Part shown: positions 45,759 through 56,300 of the stretch, in pieces
Position numbering within the stretch: the first letter of the stretch is position 1
Layout: each line of letters starts with the position of its first letter
IMG/VR virus record: IMGVR_UViG_3300035684_000073
Span: 1-59,337 of that record
Reading direction: 5' to 3' (one strand)
DNA length: 59,337 bases
DNA from: a virus
Taxonomy: Duplodnaviria > Caudoviricetes
Program-made: the position numbers and the translations under genes
The notes under the pieces: generated by a model
Databases searched by the model: none
What the model was told of the DNA's origin: nothing
The model's input: only the letters and a program-made list of their open reading frames with translations

Positions 45759-46991
45759 ATGGACCATGTAATTCGCCCCGAAAACGGGCTGCTGCTCATC
45801 GCCGTGCAGGCGCAGGAGGGTGTCGCGGCCGTGCTCGATCCCGCGCAGCACGGCGTGCCGGTGGAGCGCGACAGCGTCACCTATAATGGGCCGTTCGCAA
45901 CGGAAGCCGCCGGCGAGGCAACGGGATCCTATGTCGCCGGCGCGCCGCTGGTCATCGGGCAGCCGGCGACTATCGCCTTCCGGAGCCGGATCAAGGGCGC
46001 GAACGCCGCTTATACGGCGGGCGTGAAGCCGCCGCTGCACAATGCCCTGCTCGGCTGCGGCTTGCGTGGGCAGTTCACGGCGGCGATCGCGGCGGCCGCG
46101 CTCGCTGCCGGCACCGCCACGTCGGCGACCCTGCCCGTCGGCTTCGCCGCGACGGCGCAGCTCTATCGCGGGCAGCCGCTCATCCTTTCCGGCGGCGCCG
46201 GCGCCGGGCATCACCCGCTGATCACGGACTATACGGCTGGACGCGTCGCCACCTTGTCGGACACGTTCGCGCCGGCGCTCGACGGCACCACGCAAGCCGC
46301 GATCCCGGCAAACTGGACCTATGCGGGCACCAGCCCCCGCGACGCGGCCGCCCGTCTGCTCGACCATCCGGCGGTAACGATCGGCTGGTATGAGGATGGC
46401 AACCTCTACACGTGGATGGATTGCCGCGGAACGCTCGACGTCGAGGGCAGCTCGGCGCGCCCCGCGATCGGCGCTTTCTCCTTTTCAGGAACATATGTCG
46501 GCGTCGCACCCGCCGCCATTCCATCTAACGCCGTGGTCGCGCAGCATTCGGCGCCGACGCTGGTCAAGGGCGCGGGCTTACCGCCGGCGATCCTCGCCAA
46601 CCGAATTCAGCTTCCGATCAGCCGCTTCGCGCTTCGCGCCGGATCCGGCGTCGAAATGCCCGACGATCCGAACACGCAATATGGCTTCGGCGCCGGTCAG
46701 CTCGCGGGGAGAACCCCCACGTTCGACATGGATCCGCTGCGCACGCTGGTGTCGACCAGGAACGCGATCGCCGAGATTTCCGGTGCCTTGCAATATCCGA
46801 TCGCGCTTCGCCTCGGCGCCGCCGGCGCGGCGGGCAATCGCGTCGGCCTGGTGCTGCCGATCGCGCAGCCCACGACGGTCGACAATGCCATGCGCGGCCG
46901 CCTGCGCGCCGATGCGATGACTTACCAGGCGCTTTCGCCTGGCCGCGACGCGCAGGATCGAGACAGCGACCGCTTTCTCACCTTCTACTGA
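45759..46991 (+). CDS. Major tail tube protein
   Basis: GAGGAGG RBS; PP....LLGCG, DCRGT, F.FSG; position before chaperone. Confidence 0.75.
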   Translation: MDHVIRPENGLLLIAVQAQEGVAAVLDPAQHGVPVERDSVTYNGPFATEAAGEATGSYVAGAPLVIGQPATIAFRSRIKGANAAYTAGVKPPLHNALLGCGLRGQFTAAIAAAALAAGTATSATLPVGFAATAQLYRGQPLILSGGAGAGHHPLITDYTAGRVATLSDTFAPALDGTTQAAIPANWTYAGTSPRDAAARLLDHPAVTIGWYEDGNLYTWMDCRGTLDVEGSSARPAIGAFSFSGTYVGVAPAAIPSNAVVAQHSAPTLVKGAGLPPAILANRIQLPISRFALRAGSGVEMPDDPNTQYGFGAGQLAGRTPTFDMDPLRTLVSTRNAIAEISGALQYPIALRLGAAGAAGNRVGLVLPIAQPTTVDNAMRGRLRADAMTYQALSPGRDAQDRDSDRFLTFY

Positions 46992-47042
46992 GGCGGTCGC
47001 CCGCAGCCGATCGGTGAACCAAAACAAAGAAGGGGCAATCCC

Positions 47043-47666
47043 ATGATCAGAGCGTCAAAAGAACCGGTAGCCTGGCCGGTGCCGTGGAACCTGAAGCAGA
47101 CATTCTTCTTCCGGGCGGGCGATGTGATCGAGCGTGCGGAATTGGAAGGCGACCTGGACGGCGAGCACAGGTCAAGGGCTGTTTACCCGTTCGAACTCCA
47201 GGCGGCCTTCGAAGAGGGTATCACCGCTCTCTTGGGAGCCGACAGCCCGGACGGGGCGGAATTCATCGCACTGAGCGCGTCAGAAGCGGCCGGGGAGACT
47301 ATCGCGCCCGCGCAGGCTGCGCAGCTGGAAGCAGTGCGCGAGACGCTGATCGGGCAGTGGCCTCCGTATAAAGCGTTGAAGGCGCGGGAGGCGCGCCGGT
47401 TGAACATCGTCCCGGTTCAGGCCTTCATCCGCTACTGCACGGGCTGGCAGGGCGAAGGTTTACCCGAGTTCAAGAAAGGGAGGGACGGCATGGTATCGCT
47501 GACGCTGCTGTCAGATATCCCAGACCTGGTGCTGAGGGCCGGGGGAGCTTTCGCCTATTCGCTCCAATATGCCTCTGGTGAGACAAAAAACTCCGGTGCG
47601 CCCTTGCCGTCCGACAAAGGCCCGCCGACTTCGACTTCGGACACGCACCCGGCGGATGGGAAATAG
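47043..47666 (+). CDS. Tail assembly chaperone (gpG-like)
   Basis: After tail tube; GW.G.GLP.F motif; slippery A-AAA-AAC at E-T-K-N. Confidence 0.75.
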   Translation: MIRASKEPVAWPVPWNLKQTFFFRAGDVIERAELEGDLDGEHRSRAVYPFELQAAFEEGITALLGADSPDGAEFIALSASEAAGETIAPAQAAQLEAVRETLIGQWPPYKALKAREARRLNIVPVQAFIRYCTGWQGEGLPEFKKGRDGMVSLTLLSDIPDLVLRAGGAFAYSLQYASGETKNSGAPLPSDKGPPTSTSDTHPADGK

Positions 47667-47884
47667 CGGGCGAGGTTTATGAACAAAACCCGCTACTCAC
47701 GCTCCCCCGCTGGGCATTCTCGGTTGTCGATCTCTGGCTCGACTGCCGCCGAATGGCCCCCGCGACGCTTCTCGGCAGCGGGGGCCGCGCGCTCCCGTGT
47801 GCGGGAGGCGTCGGCCAGCAGCCGGCGGCCCTGATGGACGCGTTTGCGCTGCTCGACGGTTGGACGGTCGAGGATAAGGGCTGA
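47585..47884 (+). CDS. -1 frameshift extension of the chaperone (gpT-like)
   Basis: -1 frame open from the slippery site to TGA 47882-47884; LPCAGGVGQQPAALMDAF. Confidence 0.75.
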   Translation, partial: KKLRCALAVRQRPADFDFGHAPGGWEIAGEVYEQNPLLTLPRWAFSVVDLWLDCRRMAPATLLGSGGRALPCAGGVGQQPAALMDAFALLDGWTVEDKG

Positions 47885-48549
47885 TGGTCGAGATCGTCGA
47901 CGTCCTGACGATCGATCGGCGTGCGCTCGATGCAGAAAAAGAGCGTCTCGTCCGGGGCGTTCTGCGCGCCGGCAAGCACACCATAACCGAGGCGACGAAA
48001 GTCCTAGAGCGCGACCTGGAAGCGCTGACGCGTTCGGCGGTCCCGGGCAGGCTGTGGCGCGCCTGGAAGTCCGATGTGTTTCCCAAGGGCGCGGCGCTGG
48101 CGCGTGAGCCGGTGGGCGTGGTCTATGTCAACGGGGGCGCGCGATCTCGCGGCGCGATATCGTTCTTTACCAGGCCTGGCCGGATCAAGGGCCGGTCGGG
48201 GCAGTATCTTGCGATACCTACCCCAGCAGCCGGATCGCGCGGCCGGGGCAGGGACCTGACGCCGAAAGAGTGGGAAAGGCGGACGGGAGCGAAGCTCCGC
48301 TTCGTCTACAGGCGCGGCAAGCCGTCGCTGCTGGTGGTCGATGAAGCGGTGCTCTCGGGCAAGAAGCAAGTCGCCCGGCTCAATACCGAAAGGCGCCGCG
48401 CCAGCGGCCGCGGGAACACGACGATCGTCGTGTTCTTCTTGGTCCCCTTCGTCAGCTACGGGAATAAAATCGCTATCGACCCGGTAGTCCACGCAGCCGG
48501 CGCGGATCTAGGCAAGGATTTCGCGACGCGAGTGAAGTCGCTGCCCTGA
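47884..48549 (+). CDS. DUF6441-like phage tail/neck-associated protein
   Basis: GRL.RAW.S.VFP, G.YLAIPT, TP.EWERRTG.KLRFVYRRG.PSLLV, F.LVP.V. Confidence 0.7.
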   Translation: MVEIVDVLTIDRRALDAEKERLVRGVLRAGKHTITEATKVLERDLEALTRSAVPGRLWRAWKSDVFPKGAALAREPVGVVYVNGGARSRGAISFFTRPGRIKGRSGQYLAIPTPAAGSRGRGRDLTPKEWERRTGAKLRFVYRRGKPSLLVVDEAVLSGKKQVARLNTERRRASGRGNTTIVVFFLVPFVSYGNKIAIDPVVHAAGADLGKDFATRVKSLP

Positions 48550-48592
48550 CCGTGGCCCGCCCGCCCGACCTTGATCCCTCGATGTAAACATT

Positions 48593-48618
48593 AGGCCGCC
48601 TCAGGGCGGTTTTTCTTT
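48593..48618 (+). terminator. Rho-independent terminator before tape measure gene
   Basis: AGGCCGCC-TCAG-GGCGGTTT then TTCTTT. Confidence 0.7.
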
Positions 48619-48628
48619 GGAGTTGAGC

Positions 48629-51600
48629 ATGGCCTCAGTCGACATCATCGCCCGCCTGAAGCTCGCCGGCGAGGAGTTCAACCGCGAGTTCGACAGCCGC
48701 ATGAGCCGCGTGGAGGCGCAGGCGCGCACCGCCAGCGCCCGCGTGAACGCCGCCTTCTCCGGGCTCAAGAGCGCGACCTCCGGCCTAGTGGCGGGGATCG
48801 GCGCGGCGAGCGTGGTCGGAGTGGCAAAGCAGGCGCTGGATTATGCTTCCTCGCTTGGCGAAGTTTCTCAGCAACTCGGGGTAACCACGAAGGACCTCCA
48901 AGTCTACCGCTATGCGGCCTCTCAGGTGGGCATCGAACAGGACACGATGGACAAAAGCCTGGCGAAGCTCACCATGACGATCGGCAAGGCGGCGACGGGC
49001 GGTGAGGCACAAAGGAGAACATTCGCTGCCCTTGGAATTGATGTGAGGGACGCCAGCGGGCACATCAAAACCGCCGGCCAGGTTATTCCTGAAATCGCAG
49101 CGGCGCTGCAGAAGGTGGAAAGCCCCGCACAGCGTGCGGCGGTAGAGGTGGCCCTGTTCGGAAAGGCGGGGCAGAAACTCGACACTCTGCTCGCCGGCGG
49201 GCGCGCGGGTATAGATGAGCTGAGCGCGTCTGCTGAAAGATTGGGGATCGTGCTCTCCGATGAGCAGATCCAGAAAGCCGACGAGACAGCCGACAAAATG
49301 GCCGCCCTCAAGCAGGTGCTGGAGGCGAATATCGCGCGCGCCGTCACGGGAAATGCGGACGCAATTCTGACACTGGTGGACGCGCTGGCGAAGCTTCCAT
49401 CAGCCGCCGGCGGGGCGATGCAGTGGTATACCGCGATGCAGCGGCGGCTGGAGCTTTTTAACGGCACCGACAAGATGAGGATGGGGATCACTCCCAGCAT
49501 TCGTCGCGAAGGACAGGATCAGACCGTTAGAGTGCTGCGAGGAATGGCGCGCGAACAGGCGCAGCGACTCCTCGGGTTCAATCCGATTGGATTGGAGCCG
49601 GCGCCGATGCGTGACCGCCTTCCTGCGCCAATCTCAAACGATCTTTCCGATTTCAGCGGTAGAGAGTCCGGAGGGACGAAAAAGGAACCCTCGTTCGGCG
49701 AGCGGCTCGAGCAGGAGCGGCGCGCCGCTCTCTACTCGGCGGCGAATTCATACCGCGGGGCGGGTGAGAGGAATGCGAACCTCGCCAGCTTGCTCCGCGA
49801 GGCGAGCATCAATGTCGACCCGAAAATGGTGGCCTGGTGCGCTGCTTTCGTGAACGCCGTCCTGGCCACCAACGGACTGCCCGGAACGGGGAGTCTCAGC
49901 GCTAAATCGTTCCTCGGCTACGGCTCGGCTACTAGCGATCCGGAGCGCGGCGACATCGTCGTCTCCAAGCGCAGGGGCGGCGGGCATGTCGGCTTCTTCG
50001 AAGGCTTCGACGCGAACGGAAACGTTCGCGTGCTCGGCGGCAACACCTCCGACCGCGTGGCGACACAAACCGTCAAAAAGGGCGATGTGCTCGGCTTTCG
50101 CCGAACGCCCGACGCCGCGACAGCCTACACGCAACAGCAAGCTGAAGATGAGCGACGCGCCGAAGCGAGGCGCGAGGCCGAAGAGCGTGTGGCAGAGGCT
50201 CTCGGCGAGCAGCGCGAAGAACTGGAGCGGCAATTGCGGCTCGGCGACATGCGGGCGCGTGGGCTCGAAGACCAGGCCGAGATCGAAGAGGCGATCGCGC
50301 AGCTGCGCCGGCAGATGCTGCCGCTGATCGAAGCCGAAGAAAAAATCACGGGCGAGCTCGCCGAGGATGATCGCGCGAGGCTCGCCGTGCTCGAAGCCAT
50401 GACGATCGAACGCGTCAAGCAAGGGCACGCGGCCGAGAAGGATCGCGAGCTGCAGCGCGAGCGCGAGAAAGCCGCGGCCGAGGCCGAGCAGCTGGTGAGG
50501 GAAGAGCTGGAAAAACGCGACCAGCTGCAACGCGAGCAGATCCAGGATCTCGCGGACTTTTACGAGCGCGCCTTCCGGTCGGGCGGCAAGTCGATCCTCG
50601 AAGATTTCGAGGATCAGGCGCTGTCCATGATCGCCGATATCGCGGCGCAATGGACGTTGGCCCTGCTGTCGGGGCAGAAAGTCGGGCTGCCCGACATACT
50701 CGGCCAGATCAGCGGCCAAGGCGGCGCCTCCGGCGGGCCGCTCGGCAGCATCATGGGAGTGCTTACCGGCGGCGGCGGCTTCGGCACGCCGGGCTTTGGA
50801 GGGTGGGGTGCCGCAGGGCAGCAGGCGGCGGCGCTCGCCGGCAGCTATGTCTACGGGGGCGGCGCGCCGGGCAGGGCGACGCCTGCCGGCGGCGCCGCCG
50901 GCGCGATCGGTGGAGCCGCAAGCGCGCTCGGCCAGGCCGTGCCCTATGCCGCGGCGGCGATGGCGGCGACCAGCGCGATCAGCAGCATCTTGGGCATCAA
51001 GAACAATGCGGGCGGGATCTTCGGCGTCGGCGGGAACCTGCTGATCAACGCGATCTCGCCCGCCAGGCGCGGCGGCGCGTCGCTCAGCTTCAGCCAATAT
51101 GGCGAGCTGGGCGTCGGCGACACGTTCGGAAACTCGAAAAAGCGGATCGGCTCCGCGACGGACGCCGCGGGATCGCTGGCCGACATGCTTTCCCGGATCG
51201 CGGCGCAGCTCGGTGGGGAGGTCACGGGCGCGCCTTCGCTCTATATTGGGATGCGGGGCAAGGACTGGCGGGTGAACCCCACAGGCCGGGCGAGCACGAA
51301 GACGAGCAAGGGTGCGGTCGACTTCGGCCAGGACCAGGCGGCAGCGATCCGCTTTGCCCTCGGCGACGCCCTCAAAGATGGCGTGATCGGCGCGATCAGC
51401 GACACGCAAAAGCGGCTGATTGCGGCGGGTGGAGATCTGGAGAAGGCGCTCGATAAGGCGCTGCTGGTCGGCGAGATCCCGAAGCGGCTGAAGGCGATGG
51501 TCGATCCGCTCGGTGCGGCGCTCGACGACTTCGAGAAAGGATGGAAGCGGCAGCTCGACGCGCTGAAAGAAGGCGGAGCCTCGGCCGAGGAAATGGCCGA

Positions 51601-52159
51601 CGCGCACAAGCTCTACAAGCTGGAACTCGACGAAGTGAAGGCGAGCACGCGCGGCGCCTCCTCCTCGCTCAAAGACTTCCTCGAAAGCATCAAGTTCGGC
51701 AGCAGCTCACCCTATTCCTTGCGAGACCAGCAGGCCGCGGCCGAGGCTGCGCTCAAGCCCCTGCTCGGCAAGATCGATGCCGAGGGCAGGCTGAGCGCGG
51801 CCGATCAGCAGAGTTATGTCGCCAAGTCGCAGGCGCTTCTCGACATCGAGCGCCAGCTCGGCGGCTCGACATCGGCCTATTTCGACAAGCTCGATATGAT
51901 CCAGGCCTACGCGAACAAGGCGATCGGCACGATCGACGCGGCCGCGCCGGTCCGCACGATCGCCGATCCGTTCATCGAAGCGACGGCGGGCCATACGCAA
52001 GCGATCGCGAACATCAGCGACCAGATGAACCAGCGCCTCGCCAACATCGAGCAGCTGCTGGGCAGGCTCGGCGGCGGCGGGGGCGACGGCGGTTTCGTGG
52101 GGAGCGGCCGTCACTTCTACAAGGGCACGATCGCCGGCGGCGGCGGGGATTATCACTGA
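48629..52159 (+). CDS. Tail tape measure protein with internal cysteine-peptidase-like (TIGR02594-type) domain
   Basis: Long Ala-rich helical protein, ALFGKAG; internal AWCAAFV..GDIVV..GGHVGF..VLGGN; GGAG RBS before ATG 48629. Confidence 0.9.
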   Translation: MASVDIIARLKLAGEEFNREFDSRMSRVEAQARTASARVNAAFSGLKSATSGLVAGIGAASVVGVAKQALDYASSLGEVSQQLGVTTKDLQVYRYAASQVGIEQDTMDKSLAKLTMTIGKAATGGEAQRRTFAALGIDVRDASGHIKTAGQVIPEIAAALQKVESPAQRAAVEVALFGKAGQKLDTLLAGGRAGIDELSASAERLGIVLSDEQIQKADETADKMAALKQVLEANIARAVTGNADAILTLVDALAKLPSAAGGAMQWYTAMQRRLELFNGTDKMRMGITPSIRREGQDQTVRVLRGMAREQAQRLLGFNPIGLEPAPMRDRLPAPISNDLSDFSGRESGGTKKEPSFGERLEQERRAALYSAANSYRGAGERNANLASLLREASINVDPKMVAWCAAFVNAVLATNGLPGTGSLSAKSFLGYGSATSDPERGDIVVSKRRGGGHVGFFEGFDANGNVRVLGGNTSDRVATQTVKKGDVLGFRRTPDAATAYTQQQAEDERRAEARREAEERVAEALGEQREELERQLRLGDMRARGLEDQAEIEEAIAQLRRQMLPLIEAEEKITGELAEDDRARLAVLEAMTIERVKQGHAAEKDRELQREREKAAAEAEQLVREELEKRDQLQREQIQDLADFYERAFRSGGKSILEDFEDQALSMIADIAAQWTLALLSGQKVGLPDILGQISGQGGASGGPLGSIMGVLTGGGGFGTPGFGGWGAAGQQAAALAGSYVYGGGAPGRATPAGGAAGAIGGAASALGQAVPYAAAAMAATSAISSILGIKNNAGGIFGVGGNLLINAISPARRGGASLSFSQYGELGVGDTFGNSKKRIGSATDAAGSLADMLSRIAAQLGGEVTGAPSLYIGMRGKDWRVNPTGRASTKTSKGAVDFGQDQAAAIRFALGDALKDGVIGAISDTQKRLIAAGGDLEKALDKALLVGEIPKRLKAMVDPLGAALDDFEKGWKRQLDALKEGGASAEEMADAHKLYKLELDEVKASTRGASSSLKDFLESIKFGSSSPYSLRDQQAAAEAALKPLLGKIDAEGRLSAADQQSYVAKSQALLDIERQLGGSTSAYFDKLDMIQAYANKAIGTIDAAAPVRTIADPFIEATAGHTQAIANISDQMNQRLANIEQLLGRLGGGGGDGGFVGSGRHFYKGTIAGGGGDYH

Positions 52160-52521
52160 TGCCGGCGCTGGTGCCCGACATAGCCGCGGCGCTGCGGCCG
52201 GCAACCGTCCAGACCTGGTCGGATCCGGCGGTGAAGGCGCGTTATCCGAATGCGCGCGACGGCCGCGGGCGGCCGGCGGAAGGCAATTTCGACAATCCCG
52301 CCGACGGGCAGACGGCCGTCAATCAGCGGGGGCAGCTCTTCGGCGTCGAGCGGCGCCGCTTCGCCGTCGAAGTCGCTGAACTGGTCTGGCCGGATCCGGC
52401 GAACGGCCTGCCCGCGGCGCGACTGCTCGATCCGGAGCACGCGGTGGACGCGGCGCACCTGTCGGCCCGCATCGAGCTGGATCTAGAGACTGAGGCGAGT
52501 GGCTATGAGGTTTTCGGCTGA
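52159..52521 (+). CDS. Tail-associated protein
   Basis: TGATG overlaps both ends; RYPNARDG, RRRFAV. Confidence 0.7.
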   Translation: MPALVPDIAAALRPATVQTWSDPAVKARYPNARDGRGRPAEGNFDNPADGQTAVNQRGQLFGVERRRFAVEVAELVWPDPANGLPAARLLDPEHAVDAAHLSARIELDLETEASGYEVFG

Positions 52522-53327
52522 TGGGTAGGGCATGGACGCTGCGGCCGCTCGTGCCGGCGGGCGTGACGACGGACGTGGTGCAGGGCGCCGAATTCGCGCC
52601 TTCCAACATGCTGAACGACTATCTCGGCGTCGTCTATCGATCGCCGCCCGTCGGGCTGGTGACGATAACGGTCGATCTCGGCGCCAACCCCGCCCCCGTC
52701 GACGCCCTGCTGCTGTTCGGCTGCACGGATGCGAAGGCGCATTGGGACATGGACGTGCTCGCGAGCAACGCAGCCGACTTCTCGGCGCCGGTCCATGCAT
52801 CGAACGGCCTGTTCCTGGCGGGAGCGGAGTTTCCCTTGCACGGGCGCGGCGTCGGCTTCCGGGAGATCGCAGGCGGTTTGGTGCAGGCGCGTTACTGGCG
52901 ACTTGCCATCTACATGTATGGCGGCGGGCAGCTTACCGTCGGCCGCCTGGTCATGGGCGCGAGATTGCAACTGGAGCGCAATTTCGCGTTCGGTGCGGCG
53001 TTCGGCGTACGCGATCTCGGGAACGTGCAATTCTCGACGTCGGGCGTGCTCCTGCGCCGCCGTGCCGCCAAGCTGCGCACGCTCGGGCTCACCTTCCCCT
53101 CCGTTCGCAGGGATGAAGTCGAGGCGCGGGTTCAGCCTCTGATCGAGCAAGCGGCGGGGCAGGAGCCGATCGCACTTTGCATTGATCCGGATCCGCACGC
53201 GCAGCGGCAGAAGCGCTGTTATTTCGGCAATCTGATCGGCGATCTCGGCACCATCTGGACGCGGGCCAGCGGTTTCGAATGGCGGGCGAACCTGGTCGAC
53301 CTAGTGCCGATCCCGAAGGCCAGCTGA
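52521..53327 (+). CDS. Tail tip / distal tail-associated protein
   Basis: TVDLG, ARYWRL, VGRL.MG, NFAFGA.FGV.DLG. Confidence 0.7.
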   Translation: MGRAWTLRPLVPAGVTTDVVQGAEFAPSNMLNDYLGVVYRSPPVGLVTITVDLGANPAPVDALLLFGCTDAKAHWDMDVLASNAADFSAPVHASNGLFLAGAEFPLHGRGVGFREIAGGLVQARYWRLAIYMYGGGQLTVGRLVMGARLQLERNFAFGAAFGVRDLGNVQFSTSGVLLRRRAAKLRTLGLTFPSVRRDEVEARVQPLIEQAAGQEPIALCIDPDPHAQRQKRCYFGNLIGDLGTIWTRASGFEWRANLVDLVPIPKAS

Positions 53328-53329
53328 CA

Positions 53330-56300
53330 GTGCCCGCCTTCCTGATCCGAATCGACGCGTTCGATCCCGTTGCCGGCGCGCCCGTGAGCCTTCGGGCGTC
53401 GAGCGTCGACGACGATCGCGTTTGCCACCTCGACGGCAATATCTGGTGGCCTGGGATCGCGCAGCTCCCCGCGTTGCGATACGACCTGATCGACGGCGCG
53501 CTCAGCGGCCGCATTGTCACGCCGGGCTCTTCGCTTGCGCTGATGGTGGATGCCTGGCCAAGCCTGCCCCGCTACGCGTTTCCCGACGCGCGCGTGCGGA
53601 TCTGGAGCGGCGAGCCGGGCCAGGCATGGGACTTATGGGTGCTGCGGTTCGATGGCCGAGCAACCGGGCAGCCCCGCATCTCGGATGGTCGCGCCGATCT
53701 TCCCTTCGCAGTCGACGATCGCTGGCTCGATGAGCCGTTGCTCGCCACCTATGCCGGCACGGGCGGGATCGAGGGCGAGGCTGCGCTCAAAGGGCAGCCC
53801 AAGCCGCTTGCGCTCGGCGCACCCCGCTTCGCGGGAGCAACGCTGGTCGACAGCACGAACCTGGTGCTGCAGCTTTCCGCTTACGGCGCGATCGAGGATA
53901 TCGAAGTCGCGTTCGAAAGGGTGGCGCGCTTTTCGCCGAGCGTCGGCGATTTCAACGACTATGCAAGCCTGATCGCCGCGCCCGTGCCGGCGGGGAAGAT
54001 CGCGACCGCGCGGGCCCTTGGGCTGGTGCGGCATGGGGCGCCGCCGGTGGGCAAGCTCTCCTACCATCTGAAGGGCGACAAGGGGGGCGCCGCGGGATGG
54101 GCGCGCCTGCCCGGCGCGCTGATCGGCCGGATCGCCGAAATCGCAGGTGCGGCGGGAAGGGTATATGGCGCGAGCCTGGCGGCGCTGGACGCGGCGCGAC
54201 CTTGGCCGAGCAGCTGGATCTTCGCCGAGCAGATCACCAGGCGAGAGGCGATGCAGCGGATCGCGGCGAGCGTCAACTCGGCCGTCGGGGTCGATTGGCT
54301 GGGCCGGCTGTTCGCGGTGCCGGTTGCGATCGGCGCGCCGTCCGTCATGCTGGACGCCACGGGCGCGGCATTGCCTCCGGTCGCACGGGTGCAGCAGCTC
54401 GAAGTCGATCCGCCCTTCTGGCGCCTGGCGATGGAAGCCGAAAGAACGTGGGAACCGCACGGCCTGGCGGAGATCGCCTTCACCGCGACGCCGGAGCCAG
54501 CAGGGCTCCTAGACCCGGCGCGCACCTATCGCGAGGGGCAGATCGTGGAGCTGCCCAACGGTTCACAGTGGCTTTACGTCAATGCGACGCCATCATCCGG
54601 GAACGCGCCCCCCGTGACGGGCACGTCCAACGCTCATTGGGAGCAGCTGCGGCCGCCGATCACAGGACCGGATATCGGGGTCGCGGCGGGCGCGACGCGG
54701 AACATCCTCTATCGGCAGACGACGGATCCCGCGGGCGGCAACGCCCTGCAGAACGGGGATTTGTGGGTCGATATCTCCGGCTCGCCGATGGTGATCAAGA
54801 TCCGGATCGGCAACAGCTGGCAGGTTTCCGGCAATCACGTCACGCAAGGCGAGCATATCGGCGTCGCCAACGGCGCAACGAGGAACATCGTCTATCGCCA
54901 GGCAGGGGCGCCAGCGGTCCCGAACGACGGCGATTATTGGGTCGATACAAGCGTCACGCCGAACGTCACGCGGGTTCGCGTCGGCGGAGCCTGGCAGGCC
55001 GCCGCCAACCTGGTGACGCAAGGCCAGGATATCGGGGTCGAGAATGGCGCGACGAACAATCCGCCCGAACGCTCGATCCTGCGCAACAGCACGTTCGAAG
55101 GCGCAGCGGGAGCCTTTCCCGTCGGTTGGCAGCGGCAGGCGACGGGGCAGTTTACGGGCCAGCCCTATCTTCTGGTCGGCGATGCTCGATCGAGTCGGGG
55201 GCAGAACCTGCTGGCCGTGCCAAGCGACAGTCTGTTCATAAGCGAGCGTTTCGCCGTCGCAGCCGGCGAAAAGATTTTTCTCGAGCATCGAGTGCAGATG
55301 GCGGCGAACCGGAGCGACGGCGCGGCACCTCAGGTTACGCTGTTCATAAGCTTCGAGAATGCGTCGGGCGGCGAGACCGGGACCGCGGACGTTTATCGTT
55401 TCACCCCGATCAGCGTAGCAGCCGGCGCGCTTTCCGGGGTACTCGCGGCAACGGCGCCCGCCGGAACCGTTCGCGCGATCATCGCCTGCTGGATCGATCT
55501 GGACGTAAATCCAGCAGGCGCGTTGCTGCTGCTCGACTATGTCGCGCCGCACCGGGACGAGCCGGGTTCCGACGTCACGGCGAACAATCAGCACAAGCTT
55601 GTGCCCGCACCGGCTCAGCAGATCCAATATGACTGGACCGGCTCCACCTCGGCTCAGCTACCGAAGATGTTGCAGAACACGGTTTCGCGGGGCACCTCCG
55701 ACGTAACCGCCACGACGGCGATAACCTATACGCCGACGGGCTGCACGGTAGACCTGGTGGGCGCTGGTGTGGGGCAGGTGCGGCTGACCGGCGTCACGGC
55801 CGGCAACGCATCGATCAAGGTGGCGGCGACACCGCAGGGCGGCGCCCCGCAGATCGATTATATCCAGATCACGAGGCAGCAGGCGGACCCGCCGAGCAAC
55901 ACTGGCGGCGGTGCAGGAGCGACCAGTTTCGGGCCGGTCGAGGTTAACACGAGCATCACGGACACCTCCTATGACGGCACTCCGCAGGTGCTCGCCGTCG
56001 GTCGTCTCCGCTCCAATGCGTCGGGACAGATCCGCTTCGTGCTGAATGCCGACTATATGGCAGACAACGGATCGAGCGTCTCCGTGAACGCGAAGGGCCA
56101 ATTCGGGACGGACGGCGCCAGTTATAGCGACGCGGGGATCTCGGCGACCGGCTCCGGCTCGACCGGCGGATATTACGACACGCCGCCCAATCAGCTCCCT
56201 TCGTTCGAGGATTGGGTCGAAGGCTCGACGGGCAGCGTCGTCGCCAACGCCCTGGTGGGCGGTTTCACCCCAAACACCGATTATTATGTCCGGTGGATCG

